From Flaccisagitta enflata (taxonomy: Eukaryota), in the NCBI GenBank assembly GCA_965153355.1, contig OZ231126.1:5952001-6016000 (forward strand): a stretch of 64,000 nucleotides of DNA, in the 5' to 3' direction. Position numbers and translations under genes: made by a program. Of this stretch, positions 27,520 to 64,000 are shown piece by piece. The notes under the pieces were generated by a model, which searched no databases, had not been told where the DNA came from, and was given only the letters and a program-made list of their open reading frames with translations. The first letter of the stretch is position 1. Each line of letters starts with the position of its first letter.

Positions 27520-28800
27520 AACAACAGTCCTCGACTGTAGTCTATTTGGTGTCCGACCCGGCTACTCAGTCTGACCCGGCTACTCAGTCTGACCCGGCTA
27601 CTCAGTCTGACCCGGCTACTCAGTCTGACCCGGCTACTCAGTCTGACCCGCTACTCAGTCTGACCCGGCTACTCAGTCTGACCCGGCTACTCAGTCTGAC
27701 CCGGCTACTCAGTCTGACCTGCCACTCAGTCTGACCGCTACTCAGTCTGACCCGCTACTCAGTCTGACCCGGCTACTCAGTCTGACCGGCTACTCAGTCT
27801 GACCTGCTACTCAGTCTGACCCGGCTACTTCCTGACCCGGCTACTCAGTCTGACCGGCTACTCAGTCTGACCGGCTACTCAGTCTGACCGGCTACTCAGT
27901 CTGACCCGGCTACTCAGTCTGACCCGGCTACTCAGTCTGACCCGGCTACTCAGTCTGACCCGGCTACTCAGTCTGACCCGGCTACTCAGTCTGACCTGGC
28001 TACTCAGTCTGACCCGGCTACTCAGTCTGACCCAGCTACCAATTGTATACCTTAAGGTCTATGATGGCATACCTTGAAGTTCATGGTGGCATACCTTGCA
28101 GCCTATGATGGCATACCTTGAAGCCCATGATGGCATTCCTTTGAAGTCCATGAAAGCATACCTTATAATCCAACAATAAAAAAGATAACAAAAAATTTAC
28201 AAATTTTTCCAAAAAAAAAAAATTTCAAAAAAATTTTTTTTTTTTTCAAAAAAAAAATTTTGTTCAAAGAAAAAAGAATATTTAAAAAAAAATAAAAATT
28301 TTCAAAAAAAAACAAAATAAAAATAAAAAAGAATTTAAAAAAAAAAAAAAATTTTGTTCGAAAAAAAAATTCTTAAGTCCAAGAAATAATGTTACTAGAT
28401 ACATCATAAATACCCTTATATTTTCTTAACCAATACTCAGAATTTACTGAAATCTTGCAGGGGAGCTTCAATTGATGCAATAAACCTTCACAACAAGTTT
28501 GAACAACATTGATGAACCTTTACTACCCTTCCCCTATGTAAATTGCACAAGTCCAGGAATTGATATCACTACAAAAATAATAAGCAAAGGGTATTAAATA
28601 TTCATGAATATTGTTGAAAGTTGGTACACAGGTTAGTAATGCCCTAAAAATAACACTGACCAAGTTTCATCAACATCTGAGTTGTGGTTCTCAAGTTTTT
28701 ATGGGTTGACACAACAAACAACAACGAACAAACAAACGGCTTACTACATGATCAGTGCCATGTTATAGTCCTCGACGTAACTGATCGTCGAGGACAAAAA
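27520..28800 (-). mobile_element. Same Helentron/DINE-like family with an expanded 18-bp array
   Basis: About 27 copies of GACCCGGCTACTCAGTCT (27554-28038). Hairpin GTCCTCGACG...CGTCGAGGAC, with GTCCTCGAC repeated near 27527. Body shared with 1900-2980. Confidence 0.7.
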
Positions 28801-28974
28801 CGAGATCGCGGCGTGTAAATCTAAAGCAAATGAGTGATATGGCGGTATGTAAATCTAGAAAATGAGTATCACTGGAATCACTGGAATCTTCAACCAATTT
28901 TGAGTGGCTCGTGAATGAAATGAAAGCCGGGAATTGCGGTGCGACATGGCGACAAGCTACTTCTCTCGTTCTCT

Positions 28975-63528
<34,554 letters not shown>

Positions 63529-64000
63529 CTGTGTGGATATTAAAGCAAAAGATAGTATATGCAAATAACCTTAAACCAGATCCCCGAAATGTGGACTCTT
63601 CATCTCGCTCCAGCAGTCAGAGTGAAACATCATATCGCCTGCAGTTATGAAACAGCTATGTAGGTACGTTAGACATAACAGTACAATCAATCTATCATAA
63701 ATGCATAAGTCACATTAATGGACGTGAAATAAAATTGAGGACATTTTATTGTTCATTGTTAGTGAAAGATATAATACAATACACTTTTTTTTTTTATAAG
63801 AGACAAGATTTTTAAACTCAGCCTGGATAATCTTAAATTTTTTACTGTTATGAGGCTCAAATTCTCTTAAATTGTTCTTATTTTTTTCGACGCGTGAAAT
63901 ATCGAAAATTATGTATAAGTATACTATTTATATGGAAAACAATGTATTAATACACTATTTCGTAGTGTTCTATGTATCTTCAATTGAAAACTTGTTAGTT

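Overview
Eukaryotic (invertebrate-animal-like), intron-rich and repeat-rich genomic DNA; the species cannot be identified from sequence alone. All exon models were read by eye from splice signals, reading phase and remembered family motifs; no searches were run. Four multi-exon genes lie on the minus strand. (1) A MOV10L1/Armitage-type UPF1-like RNA helicase, whose 5' end lies beyond the right edge, ends at 28975 in a ~715-aa low-complexity tail. (2) An intact 12-exon BPI/LBP/PLTP-superfamily gene (38919-48850, ~597 aa) is nested on the same strand inside a 14.4-kb helicase intron and appears to lack both a signal peptide and the family disulfide cysteines. (3) A DENND2/ST5-like Rab GEF spans 12720-25511. 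(4) The NMD factor SMG5 starts at 10883 and runs off the left edge. Introns hold Helentron/DINE-like elements, TIR MITEs and foldbacks, a tRNA-derived SINE, and mini/microsatellites. The most unusual signal is repeated tandem duplication of exon-intron junctions (at least 10 sites). These include a ~22-copy splice-donor array and a duplicated terminal acceptor that would switch the helicase between a short and a very long C-terminus.
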